A stretch of 64,000 nucleotides of DNA from Mizuhopecten yessoensis (lineage: Eukaryota). The stretch covers positions 659,864 to 723,863 of the forward strand of contig NW_018407656.1 of NCBI RefSeq assembly GCF_002113885.1. The letters are read 5' to 3'. Every line of letters starts with the position of its first letter. The stretch's first letter is position 1. The position numbers and the translations under genes were made by a program. The notes below the pieces were generated by a model. That model saw only the letters and a program-made list of their open reading frames with translations, did no database searches and had not been told where the DNA came from. Of this stretch, positions 1 through 12,740 are shown piece after piece.

Positions 1-621
1 GACATGTAAGGTTTTATCCGGACTCCGACATTCCGGAAACGTACGTTCTGGGCGCTGGTATAGCCTCACACTTTTGACCCTAGATACCGATTGTTGCTTC
101 GGATTGACAAGCTTGATCCCGTTTATCCAGGCACATTTATAAGGATTGAAACGAATGAGTTTTCAGAAAATACACACAAGAACAGTAAAATATTTTCAAG
201 CCGCTGATTGAAAACTTAAGAAATCGAGAGAAACGATGCCGGACTGTATATATATATAGATATGAAGTCTGTTCGGAACATTTTGTGACTGTCCTGACGG
301 CATACATTGTATGGGCATGCAAATTTAAAAGAGCAAACTAGCCACAAAATTTACCAAAGGATAAAATCCGAACTCCGATACAAAAATTCGACAACAGGAA
401 CCGAGGAGACACAAAAGCAACCGGAAATACCTCTTTATTTCCCCAAAATAGCAGAGAGGACACCTGGGACTCGCGGAAGGTACAAGGTTCTTGCAACACT
501 GCGTGGCATCCTTCACACAGGTGATGTTTCTCGTTATCCCCAACGATCTATGTCATGGACTGATAGAGTTTATCATGTGTAGATATAGGGGACAATGACT
601 TATACAATCTGTCACTCCTGT

Positions 622-745
622 GTGTTGTAGACAGATATATATGTTGACCCAGGGATAAGATTTTAGAAAGTAGCACGAGGGTTTGCCAAGTACTAAACTT
701 CAAAAAGTCTTATCCCGAGGGTTTAAATTTCTCTGTCTGCAACAC
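622..745 (+). repeat. Long imperfect palindrome, core of a probable Crypton-like non-autonomous element
   Basis: gtgttgtagacaga (622-635) pairs with tctgtctgcaacac (732-745). gggataaga (652-660) pairs with tcttatccc (708-716). The centre is cgagggtttgccaag. The Crypton assignment rests on recalled similarity only. Confidence 0.6.
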
Positions 746-2691
746 TAACGCGGTTCATATTATTTCCCTGTAGTGCATTCATTTTACATATGAACCGCAC
801 CCGAAAGCAGTTTAATGTTGAAATGAACGTTTATATGGTTGTTTTACACTGTATTAACATAAAAAATAATCCAAAAGGAAATACATTTTCAGTCTCCCAT
901 TTTAGTAAAACTGGACATTGCAAACACTGCTAGTCAACGTAATATAAACCAGGGACATATTTATGGAAAGTGAATGCCAAACGCATACTTTAAAAAACTG
1001 CCTGCAAAAGCTTCACAGCAAGTATGTTTAATAATTGTATATTTATTTGAGACGATGTCAGTTGTCGACTGTGTTTTGACGGTAAGTAGCCTTTCGCCGA
1101 TCAAAACAGCAATTGAATGACGTCAAGAAAATGCAGCAAGCTGCTGGACACCAATTTTTTTTTTATGAAAATGACTAAATAACAATCCAACAACCTCGAG
1201 GGATCGTATCCTACATTCTTGAATTTATTTAATTATAATTATTTTATAAATTGTTAATGGCATTAATTTTGCTTTTAGCACTATTGTCACTCAATATTTG
1301 TCACAACGCACGCAAATGTACATTTTTAAACGCACGTTTAAATGTCAACGTTTAGGTAATAACGTCATCTTCTGAGAAAGAGAAGCAGCGATTGTTATAA
1401 ATATTTCTATTGACCAAACGTATTTTCGTCGCCAGGTTCTTATGACGTCACGCTTGATAACAATACAGAGCGCCATTTTGAATGTGTATTTACCGCAACT
1501 TTGCCGTTTGCTGCTATTATCTGGTAAGATTTCCGGATTTTTTTTATATTAATAGTGAAGTTATGTAAAAACAATAAAGTATGCTGCAAAGGTAGACAAC
1601 ACAACCGCTTATTCTGTCGTCACTTCATCTAAACTTGAAACTGAATATCTAAGCTAACGCAGAAAATAGAATGTACCGTTCAGATTGGACCATACTAAGA
1701 GAGACGTCTTCACATGTGAAGATAAAATATTTCGTATATCTTCACTGCATTATGATATATTTTATCAAATCGAAATACATGATATTTCACTAGTAAACTA
1801 TAATAATAACAGATACCGTTGATTTTATTATCATATTTTTGAAGACAGTATGCGGCCTTAATTTCCCAGAAGGCTTTCACGTATGGAGAAGCAACGGAAG
1901 TGACCAAGGGTTTACAGATCAAACACCGGCTTGGGGGTTTGAAAAAAAACGCCGTTCAATCCATGTATTTATGTTTTTACTATAGAACAATTGTTTCATT
2001 TTATTTATTTGTTCTTAAATAATTTATTTATTTACTGCGTTTTGGATATGCGTCGTCCTTTAAACGACATTGGCGCCAATAATTAACCGTAGTCATTTGA
2101 GCGTTTGACGCAGGGACATTCTCCATGTTATCCGAAGTGAAGCGACAAGACCTCTCACTGAACAAGATTAATCTATAGACGTCATAAGTAAACCACGTGT
2201 TACGTCACGAGAGTTTATGCTTTCATACTCGAATGAAATGCATTTCTGCTGGTTATATTCAAATAGTGTGTTGCAGCGCAAATGTAAATATATTGCGATG
2301 ACGTGATGTATCAGAACATCAGCCGACAAGGCATTGGACATTTTTTATCACCAAAGATTTATGCAATTTATGTTCACTTCCAAGTCGAGATTTTGAAAAG
2401 TATAGTTCTCAAATTGGAAGTCAACGAGTGCAGTCGTGTAGGACAAGCAGGCTCTTGCGAAGATGCGAAGATATGAAGCTGTGTTATCTTTAACTTCAAG
2501 TTGTCGATGATTAATGAAATGCCTGTACAAGTAGTATTTCTCTTTCAAAAAACGACACATCACCAATAAGCTAAAGGATGGACAAGAATTGTATCTCCTT
2601 TCTTTGAAAGCACCTGTCTAAATTAAGTTGCATTTCAATAAAAAAAAAAAGCAAGTGTGCGTAACAAGTTTAATTTGGCTTGATTGCTATT

Positions 2692-2898
2692 CTGTAAACG
2701 TGGTAAGTTTTGCGTGTGGAAATGTTCCCGGGGGAACTTTTCGCGTTGGGAATGGTTCTGAAATCTGAATATATTCTATATATCTATAATCTATACACAC
2801 ATGCATACAGTATCCTGGTGTGGATATTTTCGCGCTAATTTGCCCGACAAGAAAAACACGAATAGTTCAATGCCACAAAAACATCCATATCTAAAGTG
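2692..2898 (+). mobile_element. Decayed MITE, family A (ctgtaaa...ttttcgcg termini), copy 1
   Basis: Starts ctgtaaacgtgg. Shares ttcgcgttgg-aatggttc and tgga(t/c)attttcgcg blocks with 20540-21075 and with the reverse complement of 28236-28319. Confidence 0.6.
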
Positions 2899-2927
2899 TT
2901 CATCATTTTTTTTTATCTAAACCTCCA

Positions 2928-3316
2928 TTCGGAATGTTTCGTGACTCTTCATATATACTGAACCCTCTTCGTCCAATTTTGAATACACATGACTAAAGAA
3001 TGTTCTGTGGAAATAATACAACTCTTGGGACGTCATAGACTGTCTAAAACATCAATTTGATTTCCGCCCCTCGATGAGCCCTTGCGGTGGCCACGTGCTA
3101 TTTTTTAAGTCAATGACTGTTGGTGCTCACTCATCAGCAGAGTAAAATTCTCGCTGATCCATAATCATACTCACCAAGATTTGACAAGGACATTAAAACA
3201 TATTTGGTCTTGTGTTCAGTAGTGAGAAATATCCACTAACAGGTTGGATATCAGTGATTTGTGTAAACCACTGTGACAATAGGGAAAATCACCATGTTGA
3301 TATAATGAGTTAGAAA
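2928..3316 (+). repeat. Diverged dispersed repeat, copy 1 (paired with 6352-6704)
   Basis: Shared collinear blocks ttcggaatgtttcgtgactct, tgttctgtgg, cttggga, gatatcagtgatt and aatgagtta. Confidence 0.8.
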
Positions 3317-3848
3317 TAAAAAGTTGATTTTCAGTAAACGAGTTTTCAGCTAAAATGAATTCATTTTGTTTGTCCTTATGGGTATACCGATATAGTATGT
3401 TGAGATACCTTCCAAAGTAAATAAAACTGTTGACGACCTAACAATTTCTTCTGTGTTGATACAATAGTTTTTTTTTTACGAAAATGACATATTTACCCAA
3501 TTGTTTTCCCGCGCTTTAAGCTAAGCACGATAGATTTCGGTATGAATGTCTTGGGCATTTTGAAAAATGGTTTTGGCAACGATAGCGGTTCAATGTTCTC
3601 TACACACATGATTAAAATTGTGACGTGATTTAACAATGTGATACAGTATGTTTGTCTGTGTTTTATTGGTGAGAATAAAACATATAGATAGCTGTACTGT
3701 TTACAAAGTACATAATTCTGCTATTAACCGTTGTTTTTAAGTACTATATTGTGTAAGGTAAGGGTTCAATATGAGTAAAGTTAAATTGCATCAAAGTCCC
3801 TTATTTGATGTAAACAATGACAAAGTACAGGTACATGTAAAATTGGCC

Positions 3849-4186
3849 GACCCAAATTGCTCAAAGTTTGATTAACTTAAACCAGTAGTTAGTACACAAT
3901 GGATTTTTTTTCGGCAATAAGTAACAACAAAGACTTTCAAAACAAACTTTATCCTCAAACACACCAACCATATAGCAGTGAAATAATATAAGACAAACAT
4001 TGTTTTGTTGCCCCCATGCAACACTTTTTTCGTTTCCTATCTTTCATACATTCTTTCCTTTCTTTGTACTTTCTTTTACAGGCAGTGTCTTCCTAGGTAT
4101 AAGATGTTTTTGATTTTGTGATACCCCAATTTTGTTTTTGTCCCAACCACTGGTTCGCTCTAACCAACCTTTGAGCAACCTGGGCC
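3849..4186. mobile_element. MITE with ~42-bp imperfect TIRs (PIF/Harbinger-like GGCCC termini)
   Basis: Left end gacccaaattgctcaaagtttgattaacttaaaccagtagtt matches the reverse complement of the right end, ggcccaggttgctcaaaggttggttagagcgaaccagtggtt. No clean TSD is visible. Confidence 0.65.
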
Positions 4187-4559
4187 AGTAAGGTCTTCGT
4201 CTGCAAAACGTCTCAATGAAGTAGAAGTAAAATTACAATTGTGCTGTTCCAACATCTTTCATCAGACGTGATACATGATGTAATATTTACGGTGTGGTGT
4301 TAGAAGTGTTGTCTGCTGCTACTAATATCGGATTGATAAATATTCCGTTTGTAGCAAATGCCCAATGAATTTAATTCCTTGAAAAATGGTATCCGCTCTA
4401 CCTTCTCGCTTCACCCATTTTTCTTCTACAGAATACATGCATATAAATACTTTGATATTTTACTACCAGTTGACTGGTGATACGCCGTCATTTTTGTCTC
4501 GCCTGCGACGGATGTGGCGGAGGCGGGACTTAGATGTTACTTTTCCCTGCGGCGACGTC

Positions 4560-4925
4560 AACGTTATGTTTTTGCGTTTAGCTCTATTTCTCAAAAAGTA
4601 TTAGTGCTAGACCAACCAAATTTGGACCATACATGCATGTGATATACTTTACCTCAATCCATGCATCAGTTGCTGAATGTGCCCTACATTCCGCGGTCAA
4701 ATGACTTTGACAGCATCTTCATCAATGTTAAGTTTTTGTGTTTAGCTCTGTTTCTCAAAAAGTATAAGTGCTAGACCAACCAAACTTGGACCATACATGC
4801 GTCTTATATTCATAACCCATGGATTATAAACCATGCATGATATAATGAATGTGGTCTACATTTCGTGGTCCGGTGACTTTCACAGCTTCTTCCTCAATGT
4901 TAAGTTTTTGCATTTAGCTGTGTGT
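4560..4925 (+). repeat. Satellite array A, ~164-172 bp unit, about 2.2 copies
   Basis: aa(c/t)gtta(t/a)gtttttg...tttagct recurs at 4560, 4724 and 4896. gtgctagaccaaccaaa-ttggaccatacatgc occurs twice. Confidence 0.85.
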
Positions 4926-5046
4926 TATATGCTGTATCTCAAACATGTACAGTGTTAAACTAATTAAACTTTGACTGTAAGTTGGGATGATCATTACCAT
5001 CTTAAGGGTTACAACGTCAATGTTTTAACGGAATGAGACAACAAAC

Positions 5047-5690
5047 ATGGCAGCAGTATACTTGCTTCTGATTGGACGAAATTCAGATATTGTTCGATTT
5101 CGCTCAAATTTTATATGTAGGTGTAAAATCAGTTTTCTGATTTGACAAGTTCGATTTTGCTAAAAATGTGTATGTATGTGTATTTTAGCATTGCAAACTC
5201 TACTGCGGCGTCTGTTTTCTGATTTGACAAGATGGTTGTTGTATATTGGCTTCTGATTGGTCGAAATTCAGATATTGTTCAATTTTGCTCAAATTTTATA
5301 TGTAGGTGTCTTTTGTCACTGCGAACTCAGCCGCATTATCCGTTTTCTGATTTAACAAAATTACCACCTTATACTGGGTTCTGATTGGTCGAAATTCAGT
5401 TATTGTTCGATTCAATCTTTAAAATATACATGTATTTTGGCACTGCAAACTCAGCCGCAACATCTATTTTCTGATTTAACAAAATGGCCACTGTATATTT
5501 GCTTCTGATTGGTCGAAATTCAGTTATTGATCGATTTTGCTACAATTCAGGAGGTATGTGTATTTACACACTGTGAACTCAACCGGGGCATCTGTTTTCT
5601 GGTCGGACAAGATATTCGTCGTATACTGGCCTCTGCATGATTGGTCGAAAATCACATGTATTTTGATTTTGCTCAAATTTGGTATGCATT
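5047..5690 (+). repeat. Satellite array B, ~125-130 bp unit, about 5 copies
   Basis: tgattgg(t/a)cgaaa core at about 5068, 5253, 5381, 5505 and 5638, with ttttctgattt(g/a)acaa blocks between. Confidence 0.85.
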
Positions 5691-6351
5691 TGTTTTTCCG
5701 AATGCGGGGGTAGTTTGGGGGACATCTGTAATGGCCAGCTCCCATTGCAATTAGCACTTGTGCCTTTTATACCTTCATGTTGATGTATTGCCAAACTTGT
5801 TTATAAAATATAAAATTCCGAACTTCGGCTCAAACTTACAATGCTTGACACATTGAATCTTATGCTCAAAAGTGGGGACAGGCGAGACATATAATTACGC
5901 GTAATTCTTGTTTTAGGAATTTGACAATGTACATTAACCTCAAAGTATGTTTTTATCGACAAAGTTGAGGTCATCCGAACTTTCCTTGCCGATATGACTA
6001 AACCAATTTTAGATTTGGAACATGAACAAAAAGCTTGATTGGATGTTTGTGCCATTTACCTGGATTTTCTGTAGCGTCTGTAGCTGGATTGTTTTAGGTA
6101 TAAGATGCCCTGATTATTGAGTAGGTAAGCAATGGCAGCCTTTTTGGAAGGTTTTTTGACTTTTGACACATTGCTGCTGACGTTTCGTTTCGTCTTTTTT
6201 AATGTTTCGCAATTTTGAATTCTAAAGTCCGTTTTCGTTAATTTTTATCCGACACATGTATACCGGTTTAAAAGTTGTATGCAAAGGTAGCCTGTTTAGA
6301 ATTATGTTCTACTCCGCCAAAACATATTACTCTTGCCAGTCGCTAAAATAT

Positions 6352-6704
6352 TTCGGAATGTTTCGTGACTCTACATACGTGTTCTGTAGCTCTCTTCGTC
6401 CTGTTTGGTATACATACATATTGATAAAGACTGTTCTGTGGAGATAATATAGCGCTTGGGACATCATAAACTGCCTAACACATCCATTTGATAACCATCC
6501 CTCTGAGATATGGGTTGTTGTGGTCTACACGTCATATTTTTGAGTCAGTGACTCTTAGTGCTCGCGCATTACAGATTCACAAATTACATTTACACATCTC
6601 GACATGTGTTCAGTATTTACAGGTTAGCGATATCAGTGATTCCTAAAAGCATTTGTAAAATTATGATAATTATAACTATGCATTGTTGAAAAAATGAGTT
6701 AAAA
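6352..6704 (+). repeat. Diverged dispersed repeat, copy 2 (paired with 2928-3316)
   Basis: Same collinear blocks as copy 1. Confidence 0.8.
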
Positions 6705-9700
6705 TGGATCAGATATTATATTTTGAGTAAGCAATAATGTGAATTTAATCTGAAAATGTTCGATTTTACGATTTTACTTTTCGGAGAACCGGAGCATCCG
6801 GACTAACGAAATTCCACATGCATGTACCACTGTTAGCAGAAAACATCTGTCTAGATTCTACCAGCTTCAACTTCTATGTGGGAGAGGACATAGTAAAAAA
6901 TCACAGTAGATTATCATTGCTTTTGGATTTCGATGAACCGGAAAAATGATTTAAAAGGTAATCGAACATAGTAAGTTGACACCTTTTCCTTAGTATTGAT
7001 ATTCTTTTATTCGTAACGAATTCTAGGCGTTTTAAGATATGTTCATCATTATATCAAATCCAGCGATAGATTTTAAACGGTGTTTTATGTTGTGTATTGT
7101 TACTTTTTGAATGTTATATATATCTATACTTCACGTTTTTGCCTATTGTCATTGTTGTCATGTAATTGTGAATGTATGACGGGAGAAGGCTGAGATAACT
7201 TGTAATAACTTGTATCAAATCCCTTGTTCAATTGGCAATACAATATGTTTAAAGTAAACTTATTTTAATTATAATTAGATTTTACTGGATCCCATTGATC
7301 CGATAGCATTTCACGTTTAAACTCAATTACATGTATGGTCTATTTATTTGTTTTTCAATATTTGTAATTCTAAACAATTGTAATCAAACATTCGGATTAC
7401 AAAACTACGTGTAATTGGGTTCTAAGATGTATCAATCGGAAAGCTATTATGAGGTTCAAAATCGTTAAATAGCATTTCGTAGTCTAGATTACCTGCTATC
7501 CTTTATCAAAGCTCGCTACCATTAAATACTGCAGTGTCTTCAAATACCTCTTTTGAAACTTGATTTATCGTTTGTAATTAATTTAGTTTAAAGAAGACCA
7601 TTTTCAGTTCCTCTCATCTCTGAAACAGCAAATTAAAAACGAAATCACAACATATTTATCAAACTTTAGCCCAGGTATTACAGACTTTGTTTATTGGGTT
7701 AGACTGAAGGAAGATATTAACAAATCGTTACGTCATACACACAAAAAATGTAATTGACATTCCATAGAAAAACGCCTACTGGGATGGAGTTATGTCGTCA
7801 GTGATAAAGATTTGTAATATTTGAAAGAGAATTCAAATTGCAAAAGAAATGGATTCGATAATAGATATCTCCCGGTTTCTGGAATCTGTTTCGTAAAATG
7901 GGAAATCTACATACGAAAATGATGAGTGTACATTACATTCAAATAATTTGAAAAAAGTTGTGCAAGTAAAATTGAGAATCGTTTTAAATACAATTCTGTT
8001 TTCTCGGTACATTTTAAACAAATTGAAGTTTCATTACTTCAGGTTATCGATCAAACAAAAATTAAATGATTGATTTCGTGTAGAATTTACGTTTTTGAAA
8101 ATCGATTAAAGAAACAGATAACAATGGTGAATATACTCGAAGTTGTGGAGCTAATAACATGAGTTACGGTTCTGTTTTAAAGCTAAGACAACGTAAAAAA
8201 CACGCTGGTATATTGTCTAACAGTGTCAATGTATTCGGTTTCCTATTACCTCGCAAACAAAAGTATCAATTGAAAAGGCAAATACGGTGACTAAATTGGA
8301 ATTCTTCAAATAACTTCGCACGGAATTTCAAATAGAAAATAGAAGGCGGTGATATGCTCTCTTCTGTCAATTATTTACGTCCCGAGAAATATCTGCAACA
8401 ACGGTCATAAAAGCAGCAGTTTGTGTGCCTTTTAATCATGGCCATGAAAGACGGTTCCGCTTCGTTTCAATTTCTTACAAATTTTATTTCTCCCAAAAGA
8501 AATATAAAATTTTAACAATTCAGTTTAAATGCTACAAAGTTTCAATTTCAAACCGCGACAGGACTGTGATACTATCTCGGAAGGCGATTACTATCGCTGT
8601 TTTCTGTTTTAGTTTATTAGCCTCCGTTAATACGGCTATAGCTTTGGATCGTGAAGTCTCGACAGAATGAATTCGTTATTCTTTAAGTGGATGCGTCTGT
8701 TTGGTCGGTCTTTAAGGCTGAAAGCGAGACCGGGGGATGAACAGGAGAACCACGCGCATGTTTCAAGGAAACAAAATATATTCACTACCTGACGTTTTAC
8801 TTGAAATGTATGATTTTCCTATAGCAACACATGTACACATTGCACATTAATGTCATGCTACATTTGTATACTGTCATAATTTATCAATCAATATTTGGCA
8901 CTATTGATGAATTTGGCATTATATTGAGGAAAAGAGACAATGAAACGGGGACCTTGAGATACCTGTACAAATATGTATATATAGGCAGTAAGCGAGGTGG
9001 CAAATGAAACTAGCAGTGTTATAGGTGTCACATTTTCAGAATAATGTGACCGATAGATGTTGCTGGGTGACGTCATGTCCGCCATGACTGTTTCAGTGAC
9101 CACATCGTCAATGGACACAATTACCACGTGACAATAGCTGTTGTGAGAGCTTAAGACTTCAACCACACAAACAGTGTTATTTTTTATTGCTTATTTAGTT
9201 TTTTAGGGCTTTGCGTTCTCAAAGCAGCTAAGGAATATGAATCTAAAGGCGATGACAACGGATGATACGACCACTCAATGACCTTCGTATAGTGATCTCA
9301 CTGAAATATCATATTCCAGGGACGATAACAAATACACTCCATTGGTCACATTATCCGGACAAAGGGGTAACAACCAAAGATACAAATAAATGTGCAGGTA
9401 GGCATGCGCAAACTCCACCGAAAAGAAACAGTCAGTAAAAAAAATAAAAAATAAAAAAAAATAATCGCAAATCTTACTTTAAAAAGAGTAATGTTATGTA
9501 TTTTTCAGTGAAAGTACATTTTCTAATTCCATTCACTTTAAAAAAAATCAGTTTATCTGTCAACAGTTCCATGTAAATAGCATGAACTCATTTGACAATT
9601 ATGTTTAAGGACTACATTCTCCGTTTCCCTTAAGGACCGCCGGAGCTTGTTTAGGGGTTGTTCGCTTAAAAAAATGCTCTATTGTTTTGCCTGTTGTAGA

Positions 9701-10718
9701 TATTTTGCTTGACTTATAGCTTGATCACTGTTTCAGACATACACGGGAAATCACCAATTTAAAACGTCTTCCTGGAAACGGAAACTAATACGGCTGCTCA
9801 TGTTGACAAAGTGCAGTAGATTTTACCCGATGACATTCCACTAGGTCAATATACACCGAATTTGCCTACGGTTGTCATCAATTTAATGAGAATGCTCATC
9901 ACACCTGGTGCATCTGAATTCTGTGATTAAAAATCAATCGTATTTAACACAGCCTTTACGTGTGACGTGTGAGTACAGACAGGTTACTAGGTACAGTCGA
10001 CATACTATCGAGGCAGACAATGAGTCAAGGATATCCTGAATATCTCATAATGAATAGTGAATAGGTGCATGTAAGGTGTTAGTTTTAAAAATGATCCTTT
10101 TGAGGAATCCAATTATTTTAAATCTTTAATTGGTCGTCAAAAATACGTTTTCTTGTCAAAAAACTTTATCGTAACACTTTCACCAAAACACCCGCACCAG
10201 CGACGAACTTTTCTGACGATTATTTTCAATTGTTCTAAGGTGTAATTACTCCATCCTGATGATCAAATATCCAGACGATTAACTTATTCACTATAACTCA
10301 TTAATCCCCTTTGTTCCATCTTCCAAGTAAAAACCGAACTTCATTGCATCGATAAATTTGCGTTGCATAGAATCATATTAGTTTTCAGGGGATTTTGACC
10401 GATAACTATATGTTAATTGTGACCCAACCGCACTCTGATCATAACACGCTGTGGGCGGTTCTTGAAAAAAAGTAATGGTGAACACTGAATGCTGGTGAAC
10501 ACTTAAAGCTGATGAACAACTGAGGCCGGAGAGCACTAGATGTTCATAAACACTTGCATTGTTGAACATAGATGGTTATTGAACGCAAAAGCTTTAAAAA
10601 CAACAGAAAGGATTAACACTTTAAGGGGGCATACATTAGTCGCCTCTCGGCGTTGCTTCTCTGTTATTTATATGTCCATCAAACAGAAGACGAGGAAGAA
10701 ACAACCCCGATAATGCAA

Positions 10719-10794
10719 GGGTCCCACATAAGTCGCCTCTTATGATCATGCAGTGAGATACTGCAGGCCGTTTTCATTCCCAAATCTGCACGGG
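10719..10794 (-). mobile_element. Short fragment of a SINE/RTE-related bivalve repeat
   Basis: agtcgcctcttatga...aatctgcacggg resembles the recalled motif agtcgcctcttacgac...ggatcctcacggg. Confidence 0.4.
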
Positions 10795-12249
10795 TTCAAA
10801 GTGCAAAGAAGAACATTGGTTGTATCCATCGGGTTTATCACTTAAACAGGCCAACGAAAAATCGTGGCTTGTGAAAATTTAAATAAGTTAAACACTAATG
10901 AACGGTCGCTGAACTCTAGCAGTATTTGAAGATAGACGTTATTTTAACACCAGTTGCTGTAATACCCGCGAGTGCCAGAACACACTAATTAAAACAGTAA
11001 ATGAAAGCGTCATTATAGGTAAATAAAAATACCTCTCTTTCCAATGATCATCATTGGAGCTTTTTATTCTGATGATTCAATAAATATTCTAAAAATTATA
11101 TTGAATTATAAAAACTTATCATCAATAGACTCGGTGATTTAATTACCAAACGCAACGTTGAACGAATAGTTTGACACCTCACAATCGACTCCCGTACAAC
11201 TCTATGTTAGAACACAAGGCCAAATTTTATCTCAAAAAGCCCATCTGTTGACTAATACAGGGTTTTATTTTTCTTAATGCATCTTCAGAATTAAAGAATA
11301 ATTGCGCTGTATTGCTTTGTAATGGAGTAAAACAATTACTTCAGAACAATGGAGAATTTAAACAGCCATAAAAACCTCAAAAGAGCATTTCGTATCGTTT
11401 ACAATGGCGTATGAACCAATGGCCTCATGGAGAAGCAATTGATTCCGGTAACGTTTGATAGGTTCAGGATTAACATACAATGATTAGTTCCTAGTCCCTG
11501 TCTGTCATGAGGAACATCAAATTTGAGGGACTGCGTGCTTCTGTTCCTCGCGAACCCCTCCCGTTGCTATTCACGAGGTGAACCCGTGCGCGTAACGTTA
11601 CTTGAAATGAAGGTCGGTGCTGAATAAATATATTCATACGCGCGTAAAGGTCAACCTCACACGTTTAACAGCTCATTGACCTTTATTTTTTTTGTAAGTA
11701 TGGCCATTACACAACAAAACCACGAGTAGAAAAGGCATCGCTTAATTATGGGATCGAATTCGAAAGAATACGAACAGTTTTGCATATTTTTTTTTAAATA
11801 CCCGTTTTCACGTTTCGCTAGAAACGGGGTATTGAGAGTTTTAAGGAAAATCTGTGTCCGGACATTGCGAACTGCGCCAATTTTCATTGTAAAGATGGCT
11901 ACGCAGGACCGGCTGACGTAATACACATCATGGCGGTATATACGTAATACACATGGTGCACAAATAAAAAATATAGGTTTTCGCTTACTATGTGAAAACG
12001 ATGTAAATGGATGGTTTTGTGGGATACGCGACTTTCATTTAGTTTAACGGACAATAAAACCATAATGCTTACCGCGTCCGGATCGTCACGTTAATAGATA
12101 CCTTCAATCACAGATTGGTTTAAAGAACAACTACAGACTGGGTCAGTCTCACAAATCCAAATTCTAGGAGGCATTCTTAAGTAGGTTTTATGTCGTTTAT
12201 GTCGTTTTAACTCTTTTAATCTGCGTGTTATGGCTGACACAAATGCTCA

Positions 12250-12740
12250 TTTTGTTTATAACCACTACATGATCTCATTGAGATATACTATATCTCTGTG
12301 TTGATGAAACAAAAGTAGATGTTTTTGATAATGTTGATTGTGATGTCACTTCCCCGGTCATCATTGATGTCACTACCCCGGTCATCATTGATGTCACTTC
12401 CCCGGTCATCATTGATGTCACTTCCCCGGCCATCATTGATGTCACTACCCCGGTCATTGATGTCACTACCCCGGTCATCATTGATGTCACTACCCCGGTC
12501 ATTATTGATGTCACTTCCCCGGTCATCGCTAAGTGAAACATGACATTACCTGGATTTGACCTAGATTTACATGGTAGGCGTCGAACACGAAGGAAACAGA
12601 AAACGCTTACTCTTCCGGAATGCGTGGTCTCAGTTCCTTGTACTTTTTCAAGCATCTCCATGTACATCTTCCTTTGTTCATATTTTGCCCTAGTACATCG
12701 ATTTTTAGTTAAATTTCAGTTTTGTTTACGCTTTGTTTTC
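12250..12740 (+). mobile_element. 3' fragment of a probable Penelope-like retroelement, copy 1
   Basis: A frameshifted YNHY/HDLIEIY segment resembles the FYGRHHDLV.KY C-terminus of such reverse transcriptases. The downstream block ggatttgacctagatttacatgg...aacgcttactcttccggaa matches the reverse complement of about 42317-42390. Confidence 0.55.
12341..12527 (+). repeat. 24-bp minisatellite (tgatgtcact[t/a]ccccggtcatcat), about 8 copies
   Basis: Directly visible. It generates the repetitive ORFs 12275..12667 and 12319..12543. Confidence 0.97.

Larger units (their letters stand above)
4491..5914 (+). mobile_element. Helentron-associated non-autonomous element (HINE / DINE-1 / pearl-like)
   Basis: T-run start; 5' subTIR tgtctcgcctg at 4495-4505 with a nearby degenerate inverted copy at 4519-4529; central tandem arrays; perfect 3' subTIR caggcgagaca at 5879-5889; 14-bp palindrome aattacgcgtaatt at 5893-5906; then cttgtttt. 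Confidence 0.85.

Noticed and set aside
12275-12667. ORFs with (MMTGVVTS)n or (LMSLPRSS)n repeats
   Set aside because: They are by-products of the 24-bp minisatellite inside a retroelement relic.
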